Source: Macrostomum lignano (taxonomy: Eukaryota). Taken from it: DNA of 64,000 bases. Made by a program: the position numbers and the translations under genes. The DNA lies in the NCBI GenBank assembly GCA_002269645.1, contig NIVC01000250.1, positions 1 through 64,000 on the forward strand. The letters run 5' to 3'. Under the pieces are notes generated by a model. The model was not told the DNA's origin. It did no database searches and saw nothing but the letters and a program-made list of their open reading frames with translations. Below, piece by piece: positions 63,570 to 64,000 of this stretch (the first letter of the stretch is position 1; every line of letters begins with the position of its first letter).

Positions 63570-63802
63570 CTGAAATCGTTCAATTTCGGCCTCCAGCTCG
63601 CGCAGTTTCTCTCGCAGCACCGAGGTGGCCACAATGCTGTCCTGAGCAGCCGCGGTTGCCTGTTTGGCAGTTTTTGCCTGAGGAAAAATCATCAGACTGG
63701 CCGCTTCGGCGGCTGCGGCAGCGGCGGCGGCACTGGCGGCTGTCACGGCGTTGGTGGATGACGCGGGCGGCACCGGCGGCTGCTGGAAGAGCTGGCCGCC
63801 TC
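63570..63802 (-). CDS. CENPJ: CENPJ/SAS-4 exon (…SVLREKLRELEAEIERFQ); 5' boundary uncertain
   Basis: VLREKLRELEAEIERF matches the start of the CPAP coiled coil (LREK+.ELE.EIE+F). Donor CAG|gttag. Confidence 0.75.
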
Positions 63803-64000
63803 CTGGCAATAGGGATTGGTGGCAGCGGTGGGATCAAAAGACTCACTGGGCTCAAGAGTGGGTCTGCTACAGCAGGAGAGCTGCGGGCACCCTAACGCAA
63901 CGCCTTCAGCGAAATCGTCCCGCCAATAGCGCTGAGACAATTCTGCCCATACACACGCTCTCACAGGGTGTACAGCTGCCCTGACATTCTAATCATCGGG

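Overview
Eukaryotic, intron-rich, minisatellite-dense animal DNA. The style suggests a free-living flatworm such as Macrostomum, but this is inference only. Protein genes: (1) a 12-exon TMEM245 on the minus strand (33334->12353); (2) a two-exon inositol polyphosphate multikinase (IPMK) nested on the same strand inside TMEM245 intron 7; (3) a CDYL-like gene on the plus strand (chromodomain + crotonase-like domain) with an extra SAMD1/KAT6-type winged-helix-like segment; (4) the 3' exons of CENPJ/SAS-4 on the minus strand. The main discovery is a cluster of nine minus-strand Pol III-type small RNA genes, 74-103 nt long, at 28.2 kb and 36.5-44.6 kb. They carry Y RNA hallmarks: 5' GGC(U)GGUCCG, 3' CUUGAC(C/U/A) Ro60-type bulged stem, a second GUCGAUGG/CCAUCGAC stem, UGGGUUA at the loop base, an oligo-T terminator, a TATA-like box, and a shared upstream CTACT-N3-AGTAG palindrome. 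They form a duplicated three-gene module, and one copy overlaps a TMEM245 3' splice signal. Mobile DNA includes a mariner relic interrupted by a solo LTR, a young 5'-truncated RT+RNase H LINE, Gypsy and RTE relics, and MITE/foldback elements. About 30 different tandem-repeat arrays account for most long ORFs in the ORF track. Coordinates were read by hand, so repeat boundaries are approximate.
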